This document shows positions 51,735-64,000 of a stretch of 64,000 bases of DNA, one piece after another. The translations under genes were made by a program, and so were the position numbers. The stretch lies in assembly GCF_002113885.1 (NCBI RefSeq), contig NW_018480076.1, positions 525,584-589,583 of the forward strand. The letters run 5' to 3'. Under the pieces are notes generated by a model. It was not told where the DNA came from. It ran no database searches and was given only the letters and a program-made list of their open reading frames with translations. Source of the DNA: Mizuhopecten yessoensis (taxonomy: Eukaryota). Every line of letters begins with the position of its first letter. Position 1 is the first letter of the stretch.

Positions 51735-52324
51735 TATTTCTAACACAGGTTTTCCTAAAATTGAAAATGACCACACTGGGCGTTGACTTCAGGTCATGTC
51801 ATTATCAAATACGTTAAGTTTCGTTAGGATATATATTTTGTCAGTATCGGCTCGATTTTAGGTTATCATTTGACTAAAAAGCCCCTTTAAAGGTAGAAGA
51901 TGTACGTCAGTTTGAATATTGAAAGTTGCTATGGTGACTGATAGCCTAATTTTTTGTAGTGGCAGTTGTTGTTTTTTCGAAAAAAGATTTAAGACGCTAA
52001 TCAGTATGCGAATCTATGTGAATCGAGTTGGAGCATAAATACTCTCTATATATATACTGTGGACTATTGCATGTGATGTTTACCGACATGTATATGTAAA
52101 GACATTACGCGCTATTGTCACGCTGACATTTTAAGCCTGTCAAAGTGTTACGCTACAATTTTCTACATTTATGTGGGTATTAGAAATAGGTTAACAATTT
52201 TCCTTTTTTTTCTTGTAAAGTTGGGCATTCAATGTGAGTTTTCGTTAAGCCGTTAGATATCTGCTCAACAAAGGGCTGCATATTTTGCTATCGTAAATTA
52301 AATATGTGAACCAACAATGCTAAA

Positions 52325-53330
52325 GTGGTCTGTGTGACAAAGAACAGAGTCTTTGTGACAAAATACATAATTTGGTGTGACAATGATACAGAAGTCTGTG
52401 TGACAAAGATACAGACGTCTGTGTGACAAAGATACAGACGTCAGTGTGACGAGATGAAGAAGTCTGTGAGAAAAGATGAAGAAGTCTTTGTGACAAGATA
52501 AAGAAGTGAAGTCTGGATGACAAGATACAGAAGTATGGGTGACAAAAATACAGAAGTCAGTGTGACAAGATGAAGAAGTCTGTGTGAAAAATGAAGAAGT
52601 CTTTCTGAGAAGATGAAGAAGTGAAGTCTGGAGGACAAGATACAGAAGTCTGTAGGACCTACATACATAATTATGTGTGACAAGATGAAAACGTCAGTGT
52701 GAAAAGATGAATAAATGAACTATGTGTGACAAGATACAGAAGTCTGTGTGACAAAGACACAGAAGAATGTGTGACAAAAACACAGAGGTATGTGTGAAAA
52801 CGATACATAAGTCAGTGTGACAAGACGAAGAAGTATGTGTGACGAGATGAAGAAGTCTTTGTGACAAGATACAGAAGACTAGGACTAAAATACAGAAGTC
52901 TGTGTGACAAGATGAGTAAGTAAGAGTGACAAGATGATGAAGTCTGTGTGACAATATGGAGAAGTTTGTGACAAGTTGAAGAAGTGAAGTCATGACAAGA
53001 TGAAAAGGTCTCTGTGGCAATGTACAGAATTATGTGTGACAAGAAGCATAAATATTTGTGACAAGAAGCAGAATTCTTTGTGACAAGAAGCATAAATATT
53101 TGTGACAAGAAGCAGAGGTCTGTGTGACAAGAAGCAGTGGTCTGTGTGACAAGTAGCAGAAATATTTGTGACAAGAAGCAGAATTAGGTGTGACAAGAAG
53201 CAGAAATATGTGTGACAAGAAGAAAGGGTCTGTGTGACATGAAGCAGAAGTCTGTGTGACATGAAGCAGAAGTCTGTGTGACCAAATACAAGAATCTGAG
53301 ACAAAGACATGCATATAACTCTGTGTGACA
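52325..53330. repeat. 22-bp minisatellite (TGTGTGACAAGAAGCAGAAGTC)
   Basis: TGTGACAAG at 53101, 53123, 53145 etc.; about 45 copies of variable fidelity. Confidence 0.92.
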
Positions 53331-53808
53331 GTTGAGAAATCTTGCCGTAACAGACGGGCCTTTGGTTATTATTTTTTCCAGCATTTTCTCACCCTCTTTG
53401 AATATTCCACCAAAATACACCAACATACGTTGATCAAAAAAATATTAGTTCGATTATTAGCAGATTTGTTGTTAAATCTAATTCCGTGGCTCTTCAAAAT
53501 ATCTAAAATTATGTTCATGAAGTATGCGCTTCTTCACAGCAGTGCAAGTTTTGAAATAGCTATCTCTTTATAAAAAAAATCTAACATTTGGCATTTTGTT
53601 TTGTTTTTGTTTTTTATTTGTTTGTTTTTTATTTAATTGACATTTCTAGAGCTGAAAGTCCGTCGTTAGGTATAGCCAGTGACCAGTATAGGTACATGTA
53701 TACATCATTTGTGCAGGTATCAGATAGAGTTTGGCACTATAAGCTGCCGCTTAGGTAGGTAACAATACTGAACGGACTTACACGTGTGTTAATTAAACAA
53801 GAGGGATC

Positions 53809-54768
53809 GTGTTGTGTTTTGCAAATTTCGCTCGTCAAACTTTCCGCTGCCCCTGGAAACTGGCCGTTGGATGGGGATTCCTCGAGAGGAAAGAGAATGT
53901 ACTTTTTGTAATAGAAATGAAACAGGAGATGAATTTCATTATTTGTTTAAATGTCAACAAGAATCCATACGCCAGATTAGGGAAAAATTTATTCCAAAAT
54001 ATTATTACACCAATCCAAATGTTGATAAAATGAAAGGAATGTTCACAATATGTAACAAACAATTAATCAAAAGGGTTAGTACATTTCTTGTAAAACTGCA
54101 AATAATTATAAAAAAATAACAATTGAAATAAATCAGTATGTCAAAAATACTATACTTTGCATTATGATTATGGCAGTGAAGATAATTTGCTGTGAAAATT
54201 GAGTATCCAATACATATATGACTAATGCTGATAAATCTGGTCATATATATTCTTCTGTGTCACATGCATGAACTAATGCGGAATCTGTTCATGTGTAATC
54301 TACTCTCACTCGTGTGAACTAATGCTGAATCTGTTCACATGTAATCTACATGTGTGAAATAATGCTAAATCTGTCCTTGTATAATACTACTGTTTCACAT
54401 GTATGAAATGAGGATGTGTAATCTTACTGTTTCACATGTATGAAATAATTATGTGTAAACTTACTGTTTCACATGTAAGAAAATAATGTTGAATCTGTCA
54501 AGTATAACCTTACTGTTACTTTGTAACAATACATCTGATACATATGTACATCAAACAATGTGAGATATTGCTGAATCTATCTATGAAATATTGCTGAATC
54601 TGTCTATGAAATAATGCTGAATCTGTCTATGAAATAATGCTTAATCTGTCCATGTGTAATCTACTCTCTCTGTCATGTTTTATTTTGATTGATGTTATTT
54701 TGTTTGACCTCTTGTTACACACTTTGTGTGTCAGAGCGTAATAAAAAAATCTTGAAATCTTGAATCTT
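53809..54768 (+). mobile_element. 5'-truncated LINE: ORF2 C-terminus, 3' UTR with internal tandem repeats, AATAAA plus (AATCTTG)n tail
   Basis: LPLETGRWMGIPREERECTFCNRNETGDEFHYLFKC motif; tail AATAAAAAAATCTTGAAATCTTGAATCTT at 54740-54768. Confidence 0.85.
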
Positions 54769-57700
54769 ATCACCTGGGTAAGACAATCACAGATAAGTTA
54801 CCTGTAATCAGCGCCAGGTAAGTAATCACACTGTCGGTAAACAGCGTACAGGTATGTCTGGGCTGATGAGCTAGGGCTGACATGTTTTATGGCGCAATTG
54901 TGTGGGCGAGGGGCTTTATGTACTTGGCCTCGTTTTACTGTACATAATATCCCATATACTTTATTGGAACATCCTAATTAAATAAAGACAGGCACGCCTC
55001 ATTTTGATTTTAATTGAATTGTCTGGGAAAAAAAGTAAACAAATCTTAAAATAATCAGGTTCAATGTTATTAAAATACTACATACAGTATGTATGTATAT
55101 CCAGGGACGTATATACTGTCCCTGGTATATCTGTGGGTTTTTTTATCTGTGCATTTATGATAATTAAACTGCTTCTTCATTCAATTTTCAACTGACAATC
55201 GACTTTATAAAATTTACCCTTATTCTTCCAAACTCATTGTGTATCTTAATAGAAATTGATCAATTTCAAATTTGTAAGGACACATGATACACAACCATAT
55301 CTGAATATCACCCGTGTAACGTGGATATGTGCAATACCCGGTGACGTGGACCGAATTCCTGGCCTGAACGTACATGTCCGGTCGATGGTCATCAGTGGTC
55401 AGTACGACCAGCCACTGATAACTATCTCGCTATTGATACGTGTTCGTCCTTTGTCCGGCGGCTGGCCATGGGTTATCAAAGAGCCTTTCATCCAAACAAG
55501 AGCTCGATAATATCATGGGTAAGAGGTATTGAAATTAGATATAATAGAAAATCATGCGATTTTACCTTTGAACTTAGTGTTTGATATTAACGTTTTCGAA
55601 ATGTTTCAAACTTTACTTTTAAAATTGGCAGCTAAAGTTATGTGTAATATATGATACAAAGTGCAAATAAATCTGCGTATTTTAAATATGCATGTTGCAA
55701 TAATTACGTTATATTTGTTAATAGTATTTACACGGTGTAAAATCGAATCCAACTGATGTTGGTCATTCTCGTTGAAAACAAGTTCTTGACTGTTCGAACT
55801 CATACGTTAAAAAAAAGACAATCTAGGCTACTGAATAACACTGGTGTGGAAGGCAGCTATATTTACGGACTCATATGAAGTTCTACATTTAAACCGACTA
55901 GGTGCAATTATATAGCATATATAAAATAAATTTGAATAAATGTTTTACTTTTTTTTAAACCAATATACACAGTATTGAGTCTAACGTAAAATAGAGGCAC
56001 AGACGCATTGCATGATATATCTTAAAAACATTATAGAGTGATTCCATAATAAATACCATGACACGTTAGATTAGTGACATCTAGTCAGTATTATGTACAC
56101 GGTTATTAAAATGACATTTATAGCGTCGTTTATTACATAGTACGTGTCGGGGGGGGGNGTTTGCGTGTCCCTAGACACCCAAATTGACAGTATACCATAA
56201 AACTGGTCAACACAATCTGTAACTGGACCCCACTCTGGTGATTTTGCGATTAGACAATATCCGGAATCGTCCTCGTTTGGAGATACTTGGGCATCAATTA
56301 AAGCGGTCCTTTTTCATGTTATGAATAACACCGTTTTATACCTCTCTGGTTTAGCTGAGTGATGTCAAAGTTTACAGAGTGAACTGTAAAACACACAAAT
56401 CGTGACTTTAAATTTATATTACAAATGATCGTTTTCTAGCAGAGTATAACCACATGTACTTCCGGTCGTTCACAATTTACTTCCGGTAGTCGTAATGTTT
56501 TTCACTACTTCCTCATTGAACAACACATTGTTTGCAAAATAAATGTTGTTTAGTTATTCTGTTTGTTTTGCAATTTTAAGACTTTTATTTACTGTATATC
56601 ATCGATAACAAATTTAATGAGATGTTGATGCGTCTCCGATTGCTAATATTTAGAGTCTCAGTCGACGAGAATCAAAGAAACCATACTTTAATAGATAATA
56701 TGTACACAGGGACTTGGGAATTAAGACACAATCTGTTCTTTGATATTTTGTATAATTTTATAATTTTAATACTCCCAACACACTAGGAAATGTTTCACGT
56801 CAAACTAATGTCAGCGGCTATCGACGAAAACTCTTATTTTTATCGGACAACTGGTTCTTTTGTAATTTCGGATAATAGTAACGTTATCATTTGATCATGG
56901 TGCCATTAATACGTGCGTTTATCTGGTATTTATAAAACAATAATAATTTTAGCAATTATTTTTCAATCGGACAACTGTTGCATCTGCAATTTCTGTTTAA
57001 GTAGTGGCGCTGGCATTTTATCATGGTGCGATTACTTCGTGCGTTTTTCTGGTCTTTTTATTTTCCACCTGTGTCTGATATTATAAAACAATAATAAAAC
57101 CAGTAGGTTGCTGAAAAAGGGGGTTGCAATGCATATTTTTTATTCGGAAGGAAATTCAAGACATTAATTGGAAGAAAGTCAAGACATTGACCGTTTATTT
57201 CTGATTCAAAACAATTGTGGAAAGTAAAACTATGATACCCGTGATTTTTGGTATAGTTTGCATTCACAGTTGTACATATAACTCAGTAAGTGAACGCCGG
57301 CATTTGTTGAACTTAATAATAATTCTTATGTATAGAATCAGACACATATAAAGTAGTATATATACGTCTCTGGTATAACATGCACGCATCCGTGAAGCAG
57401 TTTATGCAAACGACTGCAAATAATGCAGGCAACATTTATTCGTTTTCAATTCATTCCACCCACTTTCTTTAAACTTGTTTCGAAAATGAAGTTTTTCTCG
57501 TGACGTCATCCAACAGAGACATCATCAGCATCGTGAGGTCGCCTTACTTTTTGTCTATGGAATTTAAGATGATTTCATTTACGCATTTTACTGTTGACAA
57601 AAATCCATATGTAAGATGTGGCCTAGTTTACGTTCTAGAAAGTTTTATGAATGAAATGCACACATGTCCTGTACGGTTTAAGCGTACCTGTGTAAAACGT

Positions 57701-60700
57701 TAGGGTCATACCACGTGTCCACTCATGTAATGTACGCTTCGCTATTGGCGCGAAAGTCCCTTACCCCACATTTCTACAGCCAGTATCTTAATCTGAGATA
57801 AAACGTCTTTACATCGCAAACACGGACCGGTATCGGGGCAACCGAACCATCTCGACCTTTATCTCAAGGTTCCGGGCAAGGTCTGGCCAGAGTGATCCCT
57901 GGACGCCGAGTGGACAGCAGCTTTGTAGTGGAAGTAGTAATAATTTTCCGGACCACCCCAAACGACAATAATGTAAGTTCATTTATATATGTTAAATTTG
58001 TCTATAGCCAGTGTGTGATATACCTGCTGTATACTTTCTATCCTCTATTGCCTTCTCTTATGCGGGCTGTCATTTCTCACCACGTGGCTTCACGTCTTAC
58101 CTGGTTTTGTTTCGCGATTGAAATACTTCATGTATACATTTTTTTGCTTAAGCAACTTAACCTGTACTATTAAAAGATAACACGCGTGTTATAGTTACCT
58201 GGGCATTTTAGGTTTTTACAACATGTACGAGGGAGGTCAAACTTGATATTGAGTGACGGGAACACAGATAACGACAAAGTCAAATGTTACGTCTGTGACG
58301 ATAGGTTGACTAGGGGCAAGGGGCTGTGGGTCATAGGTCAACCGACATATTGCTCTCGGCGGGACAGGTAAAGTCTATCTCAGGTAAGTAAAAGGATTGT
58401 GGAGGATATATTCATTAGAAGTCCGTCAATGTAGTCATGGGGCACTTCGTCGCGAGGCTTGTTACATCTTGTACATACACATAAACAAAAGCCTCGCGCG
58501 CGGCCGATACGGCGCCGCAGGCCTTGTTTTACTTTTCATATACTGATTTCATTTTCTTCACCCTTAATTCAATTATACTTCTCAACAAGACAAGACGACG
58601 TGCGTAGATTGAGTGAGAGATAGATAGGTAAACAATGACTGAATATGGCGTTACAACATCGCTATTACCTATCTGTTCGATCACGTATCAGTCCGCCAAA
58701 GGAAATGTGTACTTAGAAGCCATAAATCAAGCCCATGGCGAGTTTGTCGTGGCTTTTACGGTACCGTTATCAAGCTAGGGTGATTAGCGGTCGACCTTAC
58801 ATCGTAACCTCCAGTAGGATACTTCGTCCAGGTACGGACACAACGGTATAAAGTCTTGGTCAGAAGTCACCAACGCCACAATCGTCTCGTGAACTTCCAG
58901 GAAGGTTGTCCCATTAGAACTTTCCAAAGACTGCATCGCCATGCAGGTAGGTCAACAGGGATGTAGTTCATCTACAGTTCACGTGACCCCTTGTACGGTA
59001 TGTGCTGTTTTTATCGGCCATTGTTTCAAGGTGTTGTTTTGAACTTGACAGAAGAAGAGGTTTATCGTGTGACGCTTGCTGTAGCTTTACATCAGGTTGT
59101 TTACGCTAGGTCGTCATGGCACTGTTACCTCACGTTGAACATTTGGTTGTGTTGGGAACACAATATCTAAATTTGCATTTCAGGTTCGAGCGAAAGGATC
59201 AAAGAAACAGAGAAATTACCCTAAATTTTCGGGAATAACAGTTTAATGCATGTATACAAATATAATCGTATTATGCTGTTATTCACGAGAGAAAACGGGA
59301 TACTTCGACAAAACACTGATCCAGATCCGGGCGGGAGATGAACACAACAGCAACATTTGTGTGTGTGTGTGCAAAGTCTTGGTGGAGTTAAAAGTAAAAG
59401 CCAATGACGAAGCTACAATAAGCCTTCAGGTCGGTACAGCAACACCATTTGTCACGGGATGAAGGTAACAAATTGCCTAGTCTACATCAAAGGAGTTGAC
59501 GTCATTCTGGTCAACACTGACGTAGACACCTGATCTCTCAGACGCTTTAATATGTTGTAGGTAGCCGAAGTAATGTGCCTATACAAAAATGCACTGTTTT
59601 ACAGTGTCACTGGATTTGGGGGACCTTTGGGTTCTTTTTCATTTCCGTTTTTACATCAATGTAGGCTGCACAGATACTTGTACAAAAGGTCAAATTCTGT
59701 CTGTGTAAAATTCTATGAATTGTGTATTATCTATATACATAATTGATGTTACATGTACATCTAAATCTACGTAATTTTCTATATAAAACTCGTTCATCTG
59801 TATAGTCTATCCATATAATAATAAGAAGAAGACCTTTACAATCTCTCTACATCACGGAATTAGATTATCTAAGTCAGTGCTCTATATATAGTAAAAGGTA
59901 CACCTATGTAATATTTGATGTAATATGTCAATTATGACAACACGTAACCCTGTACAATCTGGTTATATATGATAAGTAACCCTGTTTATTCTGTCTATAT
60001 ATAATAACATGTCGACCTGTGTTATCCGTCGTGATATCTGTAAACTTTAACCCTAGTTTTTCTCAGTAGACGTGCTTGTACCTCAGCGAATAATTGATTT
60101 TATTATCTATGAGTGTGGCGACATGTTTGTACGGGCTATCGGCAAGCGTACGGTGAACTAGGTAGATAGTAAGATACCTTTAGCTTCCTTTCCCTGTCCA
60201 CGCCTAGCGCTGGACTTCCGACAATAAGATAACAGCACTGGACCGGTAGATATATACAGGTCAGCCCGGCCATTTACGTTCACACGAGACGCAACATGTT
60301 AAGGATGGTTCCGAGTCTATATGTGTCTCGAAATATACCCAGTTGTTAGTGAAAGCACATCCTGAACCAGATAAAATTAAAACCCTTTTCGAACAAATAG
60401 CATTGTTAAGAGTGTCGGGAAAGTTAACCATGCTCGGAATTCCAGGCTCAGAGGGGCAAGGTCATATCTGCAGGACAACGGACAGGTGATATCGAACTAT
60501 AGTGCGACCACAGGGATTAAGGGATCAGCTGATAAGGCTTCGTATGGTAACCATAACAACACAAAATCCTATCTTTGGTAATACGTATGATGGTTGTTGT
60601 ATAATCATTGGATCAGAAATAGATTCATCGGAGTTCTGATAACATGTATTGATTGTGATGACACGTATATGTATCGTTATAAAAACGATCTAATCAGTTC

Positions 60701-61524
60701 TTCCTGTGGTCAATTCTTGGTACAATGTCCTCTCTCATTTTGTTCTTTCTCTAAAGAGTTTCTGACGTTTTGATAGCTGAAAATATTCCACAAACTCGGT
60801 CAACGAAACGCTTGACTCGGGTGATGGTGTTATTTCTCACCCCAACTCTCTATCTCAATTGGGGTTGGATTTTGTTCGTGGAGCTTAAAACTATCAAATT
60901 AGTAGCAGTTCAATGTACAACATGCCTAATAGTTATTGATTGATTTGTCTATCAATCTATTTATTCATTTACTTTTGAAATACGCAACAGAAGTCTTACA
61001 AAATCTTCACAGTTTCAATTAGACGATGAAAAAAACCCACTTTTGTCCGATTCATACAATGCGCGTGCGCGCACCTTCTTAAACATATTCAAACGTAATC
61101 CGGTTCACCTAAATTTTGAAAGAATTAACACACATGCTACCCCTTCTTTTGATGGCAGTACCTGTATTTATCTATTTTTTTATTATTCATTTACTTTTCA
61201 TTCCACTGAATATCCTAAACATAGAGACGTTTTTAAAAGACAATCTGCGCGAGATATACCGTATATAAAATAATGTGCAAGTCATATCTAAAAAAAAAAG
61301 ACAACTTTCTTTGGTCAAAAGAACAAAGGACACGAAGTGAACACAACATGAACTTACTAAAGCAGATGTGAAATCATTGCTCTGGAAGGGTACATACATT
61401 TTCTTATTTCATCATAAAGTATAACAATATCTACTCGTAACAGGAACCGTCACACCATAAGGTGCCGAAACTAACCCAGTAGTCGCAAATGGTGCATCAG
61501 AAAAGGATCGCAATGCCAAAATAC

Positions 61525-62129
61525 TAGGGTTGTCAAACCGGTCTTATTTTTGTAACCGGTTACTCTTCTACCGATCGAGTAACCGGTCAATCGGTCAATT
61601 TGGTAGTCAAATAATAAACAGCAACAAATATATTATATGTTTGGATTTTTTTCTATCTTAAACATATTTACACCACAAACATTAATGTACATGTATATAT
61701 TATTTCAAGGTAAACACAGGAAATAGTTGCATGTATATTTCATGGACAACGAATGTCTGAATGCAGTAAGACGGATTCAATGACAGTTATCTGTACTCGA
61801 AATCATAAGAAATTTGATATTTCACAACTACGCATTCTGGCTTCCTTTTAAAATTTGTTCAGATTTTTTTATGGTGTTGGCGACATCTCTTTGTCAGTAT
61901 TTAAAGTAGAGTACAAAATTGACACAAACATGTAATCCATGAACACTGTTTTTATTACAAAATTATCCAATTTTGGTCGCATCTATACAAATGCAGATAG
62001 TTTGTATGTCTAAGCCAGGGAAACATGGGGCTACTTAAAGGGGTAAGTAAATGTCCGACTTTCGGTTAAGGATTTTGGTAACCGGTTCGCCCGAGTAACC
62101 GGTTAACCGACTAACCGTTGACAACCCCA
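61525..62129. mobile_element. hAT-like non-autonomous element, ~605 bp
   Basis: TIR TAGGGTTGTCAA / TTGACAACCCCA (1 mismatch) with clustered subterminal TAACCGGT repeats at both ends; TSD decayed. Confidence 0.8.
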
Positions 62130-62612
62130 TATAATAATCTACATACCAAATCTATAACATCGGTCAATATATAAATGTCGACCAATCAGGACCCGACCTA
62201 ACACGGACATTTTGTCAAATAAAAAACATCAACGCAGATCGCAGTAGTGTTCGTAGCGACACTGCACACTTTTACATAGGGATATTGGTCGGATTTATAA
62301 CTTAAACCTATATCGCATCTATCAACATAAGATAAAAGATCAGATGATACGAGAAAGTAATCTAGCTTTGCTTGTTTTCTATTGGGACCATGCAAAGTAA
62401 ACAGTAATTATCCATTAAGTCAAATTTTTCCATAAGCTCTAATATTGTACCCTGATTGGTAGTATTATTTCGATTTACACAGAATTTGTGTGTCTAACCT
62501 GTTATCTTGTGGAGCATTCCAATCACCACCTATAATAATAGAAGTATTGTCACAGAGTGTCAGTTGCTTACTAATTACCGATAGATAGAAACATTAGTTT
62601 CATTGGGACCAT

Positions 62613-62788
62613 CAAGTTCAAGTTCTCAAGTTCTTTATTACCTTGGGTCGTTTGACTCATCGGTTTCAAAAGTAAGATATATTTACAATATCTACAGACA
62701 ATACAATACAATACATGCAATACATACAATACAATACCAGCAATGTACAAACAGTATGGAGAATGTAACAAATTAAGTTAATTGGTTT
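62613..62788 (-). mobile_element. 3' end of a LINE inserted into the endonuclease fossil
   Basis: Minus-strand tail AATAAAGAACTTGAGAACTTGAACTTG resembles the 54740 tail; CCAT duplicated at 62609-62612 and 62789-62792; splits the YG|PN codons. Confidence 0.8.
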
Positions 62789-62933
62789 CCATAGACAGCT
62801 ACTAATGTTATATATTTATCACAAGAATCTAATTTCATATTAAGAATAAGAAAATTTCCTTTTAAGTCATGCTTCATAGATATATATCTATACCTAAAAG
62901 TATTTTAAATAAAATTGCAACACCCCTACTATT

Positions 62934-62968
62934 AGCACGGACTTGGATATCTAATCTAATTCCGTGCT
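62934..62968. mobile_element. 35-bp micro-element with 8-bp TIR AGCACGGA and 3-bp TSD ATT
   Basis: ATT at 62931-62933 and 62969-62971; removing the element and one TSD restores QSNSRGVAILF. Confidence 0.8.
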
Positions 62969-64000
62969 ATTAGACTGAAAGGAGTTGAACCACGCCTCAT
63001 ACCCCCATTCCATTTTCCAAATGCGTTCAGTCTTCTTATCTGAATGGGTATCTATTAAAAAGGTAATATCATAAAGTTGTCTACATCTGTCAAAAATGTC
63101 CTTTCTTTTTATCGGGTCAGAGGGCAATCCCCTACAACTGAACAACTAATTGGTCACGTGATAAATCTGCTATCTCTGCTAATATGGACTGAACTTATGC
63201 AGTATTTGTAGTAAAATGCACAGTGGGTAAGAAAAACATACTTTAAGACATACATTCTATAATTTTAATTACTAATACCCTACTAGTAACTATAATGTCC
63301 TTGTTAAACATAAATCATTTGCATAATGTAATTGTGAAATATAAACAATGAATACTGCTGTCTGTGCAGTCAGATATCTGTGATCGATATATTATATTTT
63401 ATAACAGTTTATCTGGTTATATGGTATCGCATAATGAAGGCGAATATAACCAATTGTTGATTATATCTATACTGAAATTTTTTGAGCTTGATGGTAAAAC
63501 ACATACATACATAGGTAAACCTTGTGCAAACAATTGATATTCAGTGTACCACTTAATTATGTTTTACCAAAAAATATCAATAATAATTCAATCCTATACA
63601 CACATGTATGCTTATTGCAAAATAACTAAGTATGTTTATTATAATGTAATGGACATAAGTGCAGTACATTTCACCAACACATAACATTTCAAATGTAATT
63701 ATACGCACTTTAATTTACAGTTCATCGTCCATCCTTTTTCACCAGGGAAAGAAACGGTGCACTTTTTAAGTAGACCAATTTTGTAACTTTCTTTTCAGCG
63801 TCGGGTAGAGAACGTCTTTACCCCAAGACTTCATTGCCTAACTTCGCGAGCTCGGGAGGAAGATCAGGAACGACCGCGTATCCGGAACCTTTACTGAAAA
63901 CATGTTTTGCCTTATCAAGGACCAAGTCTCTGTCCATAAGGCACATACACCTCACAATTATGTTCCGTTTTCCCATCACACCATTAGGTAAACGATGTAC

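Larger units (their letters stand above)
62285..63150 (-). pseudogene. Fossil APE-type endonuclease domain of an L1/Tx1-like retrotransposon ORF2
   Basis: Motifs in the expected order: CRGL, FLIDTH, SNSRGVAILF, VAVYGPN, IIIGGDWN, KLDYFLVS, YKSD(Q); interrupted by frameshifts and two insertions. Confidence 0.88.
58847..63987 (+). other. Possible 5' end of a second gene: TATA box and candidate exons (~58877-58946, 59184-59464, 63799-63987)
   Basis: TATAAA at 58847; GCCATGCAG|GTAGGT at 58947; TTTGCATTTCAG ending 59183; ATGAAG|GTAACA at 59465; CTTTCTTTTCAG ending 63798; TAG|GTAAAC at 63988. No recognisable protein. Confidence 0.3.

Noticed and set aside
52320-53426. Cluster of Cys/His-rich minus-strand ORFs
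   Set aside because: Translations of the 22-bp minisatellite.
56149-56159. Poly-G tracts (also near 2862, 35991 and 41289) as functional G-quadruplexes
   Set aside because: Simple homopolymers, error-prone in assembly (this one contains an N), with no positional evidence of function.

Overview
AT-rich animal genomic DNA, not prokaryotic. The repeat content (Meta-domain-like SINE, many MITEs, LINE remnants with (AATCTTG)n-type tails) suggests a mollusc, probably a bivalve; this is an inference. The one clearly recognisable gene is a + strand prostanoid (EP4-like) class A GPCR. Coding exon A (23838-24740, TM1-TM6) is joined across a 12,432-bp phase-0 GT-AG intron to coding exon B (37173-38033, TM7 plus a long Cys/His-rich tail), giving 587 aa. 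The sequence also predicts a second isoform not shown in the ORF track: a donor at 38012 spliced to a small terminal exon at 39454-39487 would give a 591-aa protein ending RRKSKRIKSAT, and each isoform has its own AATAAA. A minisatellite with a 175-bp higher-order core lies upstream of the gene. An 8.8-kb 38/76/68-bp satellite containing a ~1-kb internal inversion fills most of the intron. The rest is tandem repeats, non-autonomous DNA transposons (several with readable TSDs), LINE/SINE fragments, an L1/Tx1-type endonuclease fossil with two nested insertions, and weak signals for the 5' end of a second gene near 58.8-64 kb. Almost all other ORFs in the track are artefacts. All calls are by-eye pattern recognition; no database searches were run, and I found no convincing evidence of a new multi-gene system.
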